The notes: generated by a model from the sequence alone, not told the origin. Counted from the first letter of the stretch, positions 23,911-35,300 are shown. The stretch is DNA of 35,624 bases from Dicyema japonicum (GCA_011109175.1 RDEW01000102.1:1-35624), one strand, 5' to 3'. Numbers and translations: made by a program.

Positions 23911-24589
23911 TTTGAAATTAATTTTAATTTATATGACAGGAAATAACAGAATATTTTGAATATCTGATTATAATTAAAATGGAAGTACCAAAAAATTAAT
24001 TTTCTGGGTTATATAATGAGACGCCGTTCACTCAACATATGTCGAAAGTGGCTCCTATGTGATGAAACATCTCTGAGGGTGTTGTTCCCTTTTCATATCC
24101 TTTCAATACGTCGAATTTTAAATAAACTGCATTAAAGCGAGTGAATGTTTCATAAAAATAGAATCTTTAATAATATCATCAAAGAGCTTAGACTCTATAT
24201 AATTGAAAATTTTTCCATTTTTAATAGAGAGGATTTCATCCATGTAACGCTAGTTTGCGCCACGCGTCGAAAATTCTTTCAATATAATAGACCTATATTT
24301 AACAAACAATAAAAAAAGTTAATATATTTATTAATCAACAACCTTCCTCGCCTGCCTGTTCGCCAGCCTCCTCAGGCAGGTTCGATTCTGGTTGCTGAAA
24401 CAACTCCGAGAGCGCATTGTCAAATTGAACCCTCTGCCCGTATGGCATCTCAGGGCTCTGCCTCCTATACTCCAGTGCTTTCAATATAATAATAAATAAT
24501 TTTTAAAAGTAAATTATAATTAAATTAAATAATTTATATATCGTAATTTTTCAACGTTTTTCGTGTTCGAATAAAAATTTTTGAAGATG

Positions 24590-25490
24590 AAGACGCCATG
24601 TTTTCTTAAGTGGACGAAGGGGACGTGTATGCCTCGGAGGACTGAAATCAGTCTCGCGTCTTCTCCAAACGGTGTCCCCCAAGGATCTCCTTTATCCCTT
24701 GCCTTTATCAATTTATACCTGGCCGACCTCCCGACATTGGAATCCAATAACGATGTTATACTCTCATATGCGGACGATATTGTTTTGGTTTCGCGTGATC
24801 GGGATGTCCAAAATGCTACAGAAAGATTACAAATAAACCCTGGACCGACACAACGCATGGGTAATGAAGAACCAACTTACGATAATTTCCAGAAAGTCGG
24901 TCACGTCTATGTTTACTTCGCACAAAAGGTTGGGGAAGATGACTGCCAAGTAAAAAATTGGACAACATTGAAATCCCCTTCACCAAATGTCAGAATCCTG
25001 GGCGTGACACTGGATACACACCTATGTTTGTCACACACGTGGCAGACATTGTTCTGAAGTGCGAGAATAGGATCAATTTATTAAAATGTTTATCTGGAAT
25101 ATGGAGACAGGTACCCACCCAGTCTTGATGAACATTTACAAACAATACATCGAACCATGCTTCTCGTACGCGTGTGATTCGTGGGGACCTTCATTATCAT
25201 GGACGAACACTAAGAAGATGAGGACGTTTAAAAGAAGGCTTTCAGAATGACGGAGCGGTGGTTTTGTGGGAGACACAGACCGGACCGACTACTTTGGAGG
25301 CCCTTATTAAACAAAACTCCGGCATGCAGGAAGGTGCCCTGCAAATACAGTCAGCCGCCCTGTACTAGCTTGTGTGGGTACGAGGGAGGAGCACCCGGAA
25401 AGAATGAGGATTTTGGCGGAGCGCATCGGGATCACGTGATAGTTAGTTTTGGTTTTACCGTGTCTTGGGTGTTAAATAAATAAATAAATT
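24590..25490 (+). mobile_element. Decayed I/Jockey-like LINE RT and 3' end with (TAAA)n tail
   Basis: GVPQGSPLSLAFINLYLADLP, YADDIVL, RILGVTLDTHL, KCENRINLLKCL, QYIEPCFSYACDSWG; tail GGGATCACG..TCTTGGGTGTTAAATAAATAAATAAAT. Confidence 0.9.
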
Positions 25491-26829
25491 GAGGTTCATG
25501 TTGTCATGTGATGCTATGTAGCTAATTGGTTAAAAATTACTCATTGCACATAATAATCAACAGCTTAGAGTACAAAATCATCAAAGTACATATTCTTCCT
25601 CCTCCGAGTTGCTGAAAAAGGATATCGAGCAGATATCTCTTGGATCTCGTCCTTGAAGAACACAACACAGGAATTTTAATGCCAGAAATTTTCCATGCTC
25701 TGTGGTATTATATCTCGTAGCAGATTGTAAGACTCGTCGTTCTAAATGACCCTCTTCAACACACTCGTACAGTTTTTACGATAATACGAATCCAACACCT
25801 CCCCGATCTTCTTGGTTTCAATCGAAATCCTCAAAAATATTTTAATTCCGAATAAGAAAGATATAAGCTATAATACGGTATATGGTGAGATTGATTTGGA
25901 AAGACTTCTTCGATTTGTGGTTCACTTGCCTCAGTATGGAATTATCATTTCTTTCTCCTGTGCTTTGCTTCGCCAAGGAGTTTGTAATGATTTCCCTACT
26001 TAAATCCCTGCTTAGGCAGAACTTGTATTTTATTAAGAACAGTCATTCTAATTAATCCAAAACATTAATTTAAGACTAATAATGGTCTAAACTGCTCGTT
26101 TCTTTTTTTCACTTATGTGGGAGTCCCAGAAGAAATTGCCAGTTCCGCATTGACGAATAACTGATGGCGGCTGAGACTGTTCTATCATCTAACAATTTAT
26201 CTCCATTTGTGATGACCTACCAGGTGATATAAAGTTTTTTTCTCTCGACACTCTTCTCACGAAAGGTCGGTTACCTAATCTAACACGTTCAATTAACATT
26301 TGCGAGTGCTGCTGTCTATTCAAGTAAATTGAATCTCATTTCAGATGGGGAATATCACGCAGTTGGGATGCGTCATTCTAACTCTATTTTTATATCCTTC
26401 AATGAGAAATCAGCAGGATATCTATAATTGTTATGCACAATCCAGCTTTACAAGATACAATAAAGGGTGAGATGTAGGGTCTGTTTGGACATATCCAACG
26501 GTAATTGCCACCTCGTTATGTATTTTCATCGCAATCTTACCGTTCTGGATATCATTTCATTCTTCGGACGGAAGAATGGTAATCTCACCAGTGATTTGGC
26601 CCAGGGAGATTGCAGGAAGATCCATTCAACAACTGTGTTGTTTGACGATAATTGATTTCCGCTGAAACTTCATCCTTCGGATTCAAACCCCCCAACTTTG
26701 AGATTCGATGTCATCAACGCTACCAAAGGCCTAGCTGGAATAGGATGCCTGATCTAAATTTATAAGTGAGCATAATTGATCGATGACCCTAGTATTAAAT
26801 ACTGAATTTATTTTAGAGCTCTCCTTTGT

Positions 26830-27030
26830 TCCATACACTATCAAATTTTCTGTTGCTGCAAAGAACCAGGAGGAGAGATACACTTGCTCATGCAGAAAAA
26901 CGTCAAACCGTCTTAAAGAAAGACACCAAGATCAAGTTCCATTCTAAGAATTTGCAAAGGTACTACCGTTCTACAGTTGGTAAATTGGAAGACCACATAC
27001 GTGTTTTGGACACTAAATAAACGACACTAC
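26830..27030 (+). mobile_element. I/Jockey-like LINE extreme 3' fragment
   Basis: SKNLQRYYRSTVGKLEDH matches CKDQRRHFHSTVGTMETH (~22240) and CRNKRHFTNAVGSFED (~31960, minus). Confidence 0.45.
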
Positions 27031-28049
27031 AACCTGTCATTGTCTCTCCATTTTATGAAGTAAATAACTCCACGTCAATGCTTATGAAAGAATCTATAAT
27101 CTTTCCTACTTCATAAAAAATTATAAGAGGTAACTCCTATTGCGTGCTCAATGCAAGCGGGACATAATGGAGGCCAGTCATAATAACTTACTGTAAATTA
27201 TGCGTAATAAATTTTTTTTATTTAAAAAAATATTAAAATTCTAAAATATATAATTTTTTTCAATTGCTAATGTGACAGTCCGTAGATGTAACGGCGCAGT
27301 TGGTGCAACGCTTGCTAAAAATATTTTTTATTAATAAGCTCATTAGAAAACGACAAATATTTATAAAATTATATATAATAATAAGCTATAATTTAAAAAA
27401 ATATAGCGTGTCTGAATGGGTTTAGTGAGTCTCGACATAGAAACACTCGAAAAAATAAAGAATTCAAGACTTAATCCAAGCCAATTTGGGGTAGAAAATC
27501 TTGAATCTAGAGTGAAAAAGTTTAGGCTAAATCAATTAGCTAAATCTTTAATTTTGAAGATAATTATCTTTATTTAATTAGAAATCAAACTAAATTGAGA
27601 TTTTTTGCAAGGAAGAGGATGAGCTAAAGCTGAAGATATAGCCAGATTATTCCAAACTGTGTTCAGACTTTATTTTCTAACATTTCTAACATCTTTATGT
27701 TTCTCTCAACTTTTCTGGGTGAAACTCCATCAGGCAACCATAGTCTTCTCTCATTTGCCAAGTCTCTATGATAATGTTATTTTTAGGGTACCAGGAATCT
27801 CTTAGTGAGACATTCGCCGATACATCGAGTTGACGAGTCTAATTCTTCGACTCTGTCAGAAACGACTGCGTTTGTCTACGCAATTAGCAATAACTGCTAC
27901 ACTTGAAGTAAAAAAGTCGAATAGGGTGGTCTTTGGTATGTAGAAGTGATCTGAAAGTCATAGAGTAAAGCAAACAACTATCACCGTCAGCCATTATAAC
28001 ATACCCCCCAAATAAATAATGAAACGTGCATTTGTTAAACACACACATA

Positions 28050-28096
28050 ATCAAGTCAAAGTCTAACCGAGTCCTCATCAAGTCAAAGTCTAACCG
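28050..28096. repeat. 20-bp direct repeat with 7-nt spacer
   Basis: ATCAAGTCAAAGTCTAACCG at 28050-28069 and 28077-28096. Confidence 0.9.
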
Positions 28097-28890
28097 CAGA
28101 AGGGCAATTTATTAAATGCGATGTACACTGACGACAACATCTCTACCAAAAATGTAGTACATCCAAAATAGCTGTTATTTTGCATATAATGCAAATAACG
28201 GACAAAATATTAACGTGACCAGATGATTCTACTTTGAGTAGTACGGATTAAAATTTTTATTGATTTTTATTTTTATTTATTAATTATACTAGTTTTTGAA
28301 TAAAATACTAACGTTTCATCATCTGTTATGCCACATTCAAATCAGGAAAGTCATTGATAGGTTAAGACTGTTATTAGAAAATATCCTGGTGAATTTTCTA
28401 CCAACTCAAAAATTTTCTAACAACAGCTTTCTATTGAATTTTTTATCTAATAAGCATAGTAAACAAGCATGTTTTTCATTTTTATCACTATTTTATAGCT
28501 GCAATTGTAAAAAATATCTGATTTTTATCATACCACCTACCGACTCTAGAATCATTAAGGTCACTAATGCTTACTCGATTATGATTTTCTTTGCATAAGC
28601 TGAACAGTAAAGTTTACAAAACTTGTTTAAGGGTATTGGATATTGTTTTGGAAATTTTCCATTAAAAATGGAAAAACAGCATATTAATCCATGCATCCAT
28701 GCATATACGGCTATTTGAAAAAAATATCCTTCTATCTATCAGGAAAAAATTTTTTATTGCTAAAATTATTACCTAAAGACTGAAATTTTTAACCTGAAAA
28801 CGTTTTTAATTGCATTATTCTATATTTTAAAAGAGTTTTGATTAGTTTTTTTCATATTTGAAAAAAAGTTTTTTCTAGATAAATTTTTCA

Positions 28891-28977
28891 TAAAGTCAAA
28901 AATTGTCAAAATTTTGAATTTTTAAAGTCAATAAAGTCAATTTTTTAGGTCAAAATTTCGGATTTATAAAGTCAAAA
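28891..28977. repeat. Cluster of six GTCAA motifs (mostly AAAGTCAA)
   Basis: Six GTCAA occurrences within ~90 bp in AT-rich context. Confidence 0.6.
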
Positions 28978-29655
28978 AAATCGCCCTTGTTATCAGTTTT
29001 GTAGTGTGTGCAAGGAATTCATTCCTAAAAAAAGCAGAAAGACGGTATTTAACATCAAAGTCTCTGGATTCTGTGACTGGGGCGATAACAAGCTGTTCGA
29101 GGTGTTTGAACTTTAACATAGTGATCATATCGGTTCTGGTCTTCGAGGGTGGCAGCGAAAACTGGACTAGCTATGCTTTGTGGCTTTCGAAAACGAAGAG
29201 GGTGGGAGAGATGTGAGCAGGTGGCTCTATTTAGGCTATTTATTCTCTCAATGGAAAGGAAGTTGAAGGATTTGTCTTCAGAATTTACCGCAGTTATAAT
29301 CTACTGGACAGGGAACTTCATTTGATAGCATGTAGATAAAGGATTATGTCAAATATAAAGAACTCTGAAAAGTCGAAGATCTCAATTACGAAGAATTGAG
29401 GAGGACGATTAATAATAAGAAAATTTGCTTAAATGCACTGATGTTACGAGAGTTACAAAGATGGTTAACACTTTTGTAAATTTTTAGATTGCTGGTCATA
29501 CCCGACGTTATATTCACAAAGCCAATTCCAGTGGAATTGTCATTCGTCAATTTATCGATTTGAATTGCTATGGAATTTTCCTTGCGTATGATAATCTCCT
29601 TAAAGCTGTACTTTCTACCTTCGAAGTCATCTCAGTCATTTCCATTATTTAATAA

Positions 29656-29878
29656 ATTATTTATTTATTAACCCCGGATACACCGAGAAAGAAGTTAAAT
29701 AAGTGTATCCAGTTTCCACTTCTACAGAAACAGAGTCCATCCGGAATCAGCATAAAAGGTAAGACGTCCATTACATGCAGTTGTGGAAACCCCTCCAGTG
29801 GAGTGGGGAAGAGCAAATGATCCTTTTCGTGCCGGCCTGGCACTGGGCGTCACCTAGACAGTTGGATCACATGACACC
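29656..29878 (-). mobile_element. Pseudoknot-head short element, copy C (best-paired), with (TAAA)n tail
   Basis: Minus: GGTGTC ATGT GATCC AACTGTCTAGGT GACGCC CA GTGCC AGGCC GGCAC GAAAA GGATCA; tail TTCTTTCTCGGTGTATCCGGGGTTAATAAATAAATAAT close to LINE tail 22355-22395. Confidence 0.7.
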
Positions 29879-29932
29879 ACTCTATTAGAAAGAGAGAGGA
29901 GGAACAGACAAGCAAGCAGAAACTTCAATCAA

Positions 29933-30087
29933 TTAACCACGCAGCACCACATGGCGCCACGCGGCTAATTTTTCAATTGATATCAAAGTCAATAATTAAA
30001 TCGTTAGAATATTATTATTAAATTATATTTTGACTCTACATTAATCCTTGAATTGCCGCGTGTCGCCATGTGGTGGTACGTGACTAG
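29933..30087. mobile_element. ~150-bp foldback/MITE-like element with ~30-bp imperfect TIRs
   Basis: Left TTAACCACGCAGCACCACATGGCGCCACGCGGC vs right reverse complement CTAGTCACGTACCACCACATGGCGACACGCGGC; weaker inverted similarity continues inward. Confidence 0.75.
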
Positions 30088-30160
30088 AAAAAAAAGAAAT
30101 GAAGATCATTCCTTGGTTCTACGATTAGTTAAAATTAACTTAAATTAAGTGTGTTTCCTG
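30088..30160 (+). mobile_element. tRNA-SINE 3'-half fragment abutting the foldback right TIR
   Basis: AAAGAAATGAAGATCATTCCTTGGTTCTACGATTAGTTAAAATTAACT matches the family. Confidence 0.65.
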
Positions 30161-30433
30161 TCTATTTTGATTTAAAAAATGTAATTATATTCTCATTTAT
30201 GTCCGAAAATTGCGTAAACTTAACAAATTACATTAAACAGACTGACATATGATGAGATAAAACAAACTTACAAATTTATAGTATTATTATTAACAAGCAC
30301 TGGCCGAGAAAACATAATATTAATTAAGTTTGCCTTGTGCCGTATTCCAAATCATCTTCTCTGCCTTGACCCTGATCTTCTGTTTTGCGCTATTTCTCTT
30401 AGGTAGTCCAGATCGTCCTTCGAAGTTATACAT

Positions 30434-30640
30434 TGTGAAATAGAATTTTTTGAAAGAACAAAATTCTCAGAAGATATTATCAATGTTCTATGATTTAACA
30501 ACATTAAGTAAACCCACAGAAGTATGTTACAACATTTTCACCTTGATTTGTCTGATAATCAAATCGACATTAAAAATTTATCAGATTTGTGTCGAAATCT
30601 ACCAAATTTAACGAGTTTTCTCTTCAAAATGAAATCCAAT
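30434..30640 (+). pseudogene. Leucine-rich-repeat gene relic
   Basis: One frame reads IINVL*FNNIK*..HFHLDLSDNQIDIKNLSDLCRNLPNLTSF, fitting LxxLxLxxNxI; two in-frame stops. Confidence 0.45.
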
Positions 30641-30911
30641 TAATTTTTAGCTAAGATAGGTTACCATTCAATATTGTCTTTTTCAAAATAAACTCCAATT
30701 AATGTTTTAAAGTTTTAGACAAGTTTATGTAAAAACATCACGAGATATTTTACAATGTGATTGACATCTTTTGGTAACAAAGTGATTTTTAAATCTTATA
30801 AAAATTGGCTAGGTTGTAAATTGGAATCTAAAGAGATTTCAAATGATAATTTATCAATTTCGAATGGACTAGTTATCATTACGCTATCCTTTGATTCCCA
30901 AGGTCAGGGAT

Positions 30912-31201
30912 ATAAATACTGCACTTTACGAATAGCCATATTAGCTATTTTTCCTCCCAGGCAGGAAAAATACTATTTAAGTAAAGAACAGTTATCATAA
31001 CTAATATTTAGAAAAAAACAAAAGAATACTATCACTCCTTTTTTTGTTGGGTATGATTTCACAATGAGATGTTCACTGATAACTGAGTCACTCAAGCCAA
31101 AACATCGTAGATACGTGGAACCTTCAGCAGGAATGTACTGCAGCGAGATTAGAACTAGGACTATCAGACCTTTTGCCCGGCACGCGTTACGTTACACCAC
31201 C
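30912..31201 (-). mobile_element. Full-length tRNA-derived SINE (~290 nt)
   Basis: A-box-like GGTGGTGTAAC, B-box-like AGTTCTAATC; body and 3' half colinear with 18510-18803. Confidence 0.7.
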
Positions 31202-31629
31202 CGATCTACGCATCACTTATCAAAATATGGAGGAAAACAATTATATTTAATGATAAAATTTTTTTGTATGAAACTGAAAGAATCATCGAGCTTTGGACAT
31301 TTGCTGATCATAAAAATGTTGAAAAAAAGATTGATCCTATTTTTGGATAATATTATGGAAAAAAATGTGAGAATAAGGAGTATGTATATGATACTGTAAA
31401 TTTTGGTTTTGAATTAGTGAAGTTGGGAGTAAGGAAGCTGATTTAATGTAGGGGTTTCGTTTTCATTCGATGTCGAAGCTGTCAAATACTAATTTTCAAC
31501 CAAAAAAGCAGTAAAATCTAAATAATCGACTTGACTGATAGTGCATTAGGTTTGGAATAATAATTGCTCAAGTCTGTGAGTCACTATGAACAAGAGAACT
31601 TTGGAAAAAGAAAGAATATCCTTAATTCA

Positions 31630-31856
31630 TCAAATAATTTAAATTTAAATAAATTTGTTGAACCAAAAATACTTTAATATCCAGAAAGACAAAATTCAGG
31701 TGATCTCGTTTTCTCTCAGCAGTCTTCGTATGTTGGGACTCGAAGGAAGAGGCGTCCAAGGGAAACTTCTCTGTTGGTTGTTGACTAATGGTTCTTTTTG
31801 GATATAATTTAGGATTATATCTGGCGCCACCAGAGATGCTGAACCACATGACCCAA
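31630..31856 (-). mobile_element. Degenerate pseudoknot-head short element, copy E, directly after a LINE tail
   Basis: Minus: TGGGTC ATGT GGTTC AGCATCTCTGGT GGCGCC; tail GAGATCACC..TTTTTGGTT..AAATTTATTT. Confidence 0.45.
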
Positions 31857-31857
31857 G

Positions 31858-32085
31858 TATTTTTTAAATCCCAAGACCACCGTGAAAATATTAACTCGCT
31901 AAATTAAGTGATCCCAGCCACCAACATCTCTCGAATTGTCTTCGAATGAACCAACAGCGTTCGTGAAGTGTCTTTTATTTCTGCAGAGGAATTCTATCAA
32001 AGTGCACTTTTTTAATTCCGATCTGAATTCCTCCACATGAACTGCCCTCCCTCTGAATGGACTTCCTAGCTTCTTGCACATAACG
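31858..32085 (-). mobile_element. I/Jockey-like LINE 3' end
   Basis: FLCRNKRHFTNAVG; tail GGGATCACTTAATTTAG..GGTCTTGGGATTTAAAAAATA. Confidence 0.55.
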
Positions 32086-32319
32086 CAAGAATTGAATAAT
32101 AAATTACTAATAAAAACAACTCTCAGGATAATTAGTTTGACCGGTTCTAAATGGGGTTAGGCTGAGAATGAATGCGAAAAATCGATTTAACTGATAAATC
32201 CGTAAACGTATGAGCGAAAATTAACGCTAACCGGTTAGACGGTTAAATCTGAGCCGTTGAGTTGCGAAACTTAACAAAGCATTATTACTATCAATTAAAC
32301 AGCAAAACAATCGTAACGA

Positions 32320-35300
32320 TTTATTAACAAAAAGTTAAAGATTTTTTCTTCGGAGAGTGTTACATCTAATTCCTACCATTAGGTTGACATCACCTGGACC
32401 CTTCTTTTTTTTAAATTTTTTCAAGACGATTTTCCCAGCTTTATATACGTCTCCTAGATCTTTGATATCTTCCTGAACCATTGATCTGATCCTCCACAAA
32501 TTCCTCTAATCAGTTCTAACAGCTTGTTTTCGTCCTCGTTTAGACAGTCTTTCATTTCTTGTTTAAGGAGAGCTTAATTGCAGCTCTCCTAGTCTTCTCT
32601 AGGAGAGATAAGATCTTCTCTTCGTAGAAAAGAACCACCTCTCACCCCATAAAGTAGGTTAGAGAGAATAAACTCCCTTAAAGATGAGCAGGTAGGTGCC
32701 ACAACTAACGTGTAATTTTCATGTACACAAAAGCGACTGAAAGCTCTCTGTCTTCCATATAATCTCCTGCGTGTCATAGTCGACCTTTGTATTTTTGGAG
32801 TTTTGGGTACCTTTCTGGATAATGAATGCGTCATTACGACTGGGATTAAAAGTCTGGTCTCCACATCAGCACGGATGTGGAGACTCCTGCAGGAAGAGTG
32901 GAGGCAGATATTTCAGACACATGCCCTTGAACGGAGTCCTTATAAAGTGATGGATTCTAAGCCAATCAACTCAAATCCCTAATATGGAAATAGTACTATG
33001 AAGAAACTCGAATGAGTATCATCTGCTTTTCGGAAAGCAAAGGGATTGTTAGATTGATATTCTTGAACTGTGAAAGGTTATTACTCAGTTGAATTTTGTT
33101 CAAGTTGCATTGGGATTGATTGGAGAGGACTGGTTATATAAGAAAAATTCTTTGTCCCATTTCAATAATCTCCCGTAAACTTCTAGTCACACTCACGTGT
33201 ACAAGCTCAATGAACCATCTATTTAATCTAAAATGAATTATTGACTGTTTAATTATGTAATTTCACGTTAAAGTTGTGCAACATTTAATATAAAGATCAC
33301 TTAACAGTGAACAATCACCTTTCGCTTACCTCATTTTTCTCAGTAATTGTTCAACTTCACACGTAAACAGAGAATCAGTATGAGGAATATTTTATACATA
33401 TTCAAAAGTAAATAAGACATATTTCAAAACTACTCACAGTACTATCATTCGAACAAACATTTTCTACATATTCTATAATTTTCTCCTTAACCAGCCTCCT
33501 CAATTTCACAATTCATGATTTAACAACAAAATAATAAAACATAAATTTTTTTCAGAGGATTGACGACATATTTTTTAATGAAAATTGATATATTGAAGGA
33601 AAGTAGTGTAGCACTTCTAACTAGTACATTCAGCATTTTAAGAAGTACATAAGACAAGTTACGTAATATTTCGATAATATTGATGATCCAATGATTATAC
33701 AATATTCTACGACAAAGATTTTCTTTAAAGGCGTTAATTCACCCTTTTTCAATCATAAGAGAATTCAAATATTGAGATAAATTCGCTTTATTATTATAAC
33801 AATCTTAATGATATGGGAAAGTTTTGTCATGGTTAATACGATAATTGTCGCTTAATATTTTAGGGATAGAGTAGTCGAACACTCAGGGCACTCATTTATA
33901 GAATATTTTGGATAAACACTCATTTTGAGATTAACTGTCACTTTGATGGCTTCAGCTAAATTATGATTGGCTGAAAGTCATTTGGACACATATACAATAA
34001 ACCTACTTTTCATAATAAGATGGATTTATGCAGACCATCATTGAGTCAAATGGGTAGTCGCAGCTACTATTTGCCTTCAAATCACAAAGTCAAGCTTCTG
34101 AAAAGAGAAAATGTCTTACCATACATTTGTGAGGGAATACCTCCCGTAGTGAGGTAATTGAGTAAAATCAAATCTACATAAAATTTCCTATCACTTTGCA
34201 ATGCAACTGAGAATCAATCGTATTTTGTTAACAGTTTAAAAATAATTTTTTTTTAATTTTAATAAACCTTATCATTTAAAGACTTTTAGATCAAAGGGGT
34301 CTAGCCAGAAAAAGTAGAATTTGATTTTATATTTTAATGTTTAAAGAAGATTATGGGGCATCTAACGCTTCCTTTATTCGGAGTATCGGAAAAAATGTGG
34401 AAATTATGTGTATCCACAATTTTCCAGAAACAAAACCACTCCAAAATTTCTTAGTAAATATAACAATTACTACTTTTTCTGTGTTTTCTCCTCGAGCGAG
34501 TGCTTTCATGTGCCAAAGTAATTGTCTTATTTACTATGGAAGACAAATATGTGGATGGAAATGTTTTTAACTTTGAAAAAAATGTTAAAAGAATCAACAT
34601 TACGGATCCGTATGTTGTGAATATTGGCAATTGTCCTGAATCTATCGATATTCTGTCTATGAAATATTAGACAGGTGCTTATTTTTGCAATAAAATAGAT
34701 TTATCGGAATGTCATAATAAATTCCATATTAACTTACTCTTAAATACACATCTAAACCACCACGTGGTATTCTAGCTGGTTTAAAGAAAATTTATCATTT
34801 GCTAATGAAGACTTTTTGAATTGATGCCGTCGAATGGACTCCTCTCATTTTATGACAGCCATCATGCACAGTATTCTGCAGGAGATGAGAAAGTTTGATC
34901 AACTGGGTTCGACAACCTCCATACGGATCCCAAAAGGTTACAATTCACTTATCTACTTTATATGGTATTTCTTGGAACTGCATCCACTAAATGATTGGGG
35001 AAATTATGTATGGGAAACTGATGACTTTGATAAGAGACTTTTGAAATCATTTTGCACTTTGGTGATCAAATTTTTCTTCCAAATTATAATTACCAATATC
35101 CGAAAGATCCTAATAAAAATAAAATTTTCACAAAAATCAATGAATTTGCTAAATAGGGTTTCTGGACTTCACAATAATTCTGAAATAACATAATGTTAAA
35201 CATTAAAATAGACACTTCCGAAATACTGCTGAGTATTGCCTCTCCAGTATTGTAAACGTGATGGTTAGTGACACTAATGTGTATAGCAGATAGTCGAAAC

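Noticed and set aside
24335-24460. Further HDV-like ribozyme (CCAGCCTCCTCAGGC resembles HDV P3/L3)
   Set aside because: P1 only 5 bp, no P1.1, and a competing 8-bp hairpin CCTGCCTG/CAGGCAGG.
25600-25990. Pre-RT region of an R2/R4-type element on the minus strand (SYYRK..MENFWH)
   Set aside because: Two weak motifs only; too little to call.
21573-28096. CRISPR-like arrays from short direct repeats (21573-21615, 28050-28096)
   Set aside because: Only two units each, 7-9-nt spacers, no cas genes, eukaryotic context.
29933-30087. piggyBac assignment for the foldback
   Set aside because: TTAA is on one flank only (CTAG on the other) and no transposase is nearby.
34834-35193. 119-aa ORF as a real CDS
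   Set aside because: It is frameshifted in the left arm and lies antisense to the LINE ORF1 relic.
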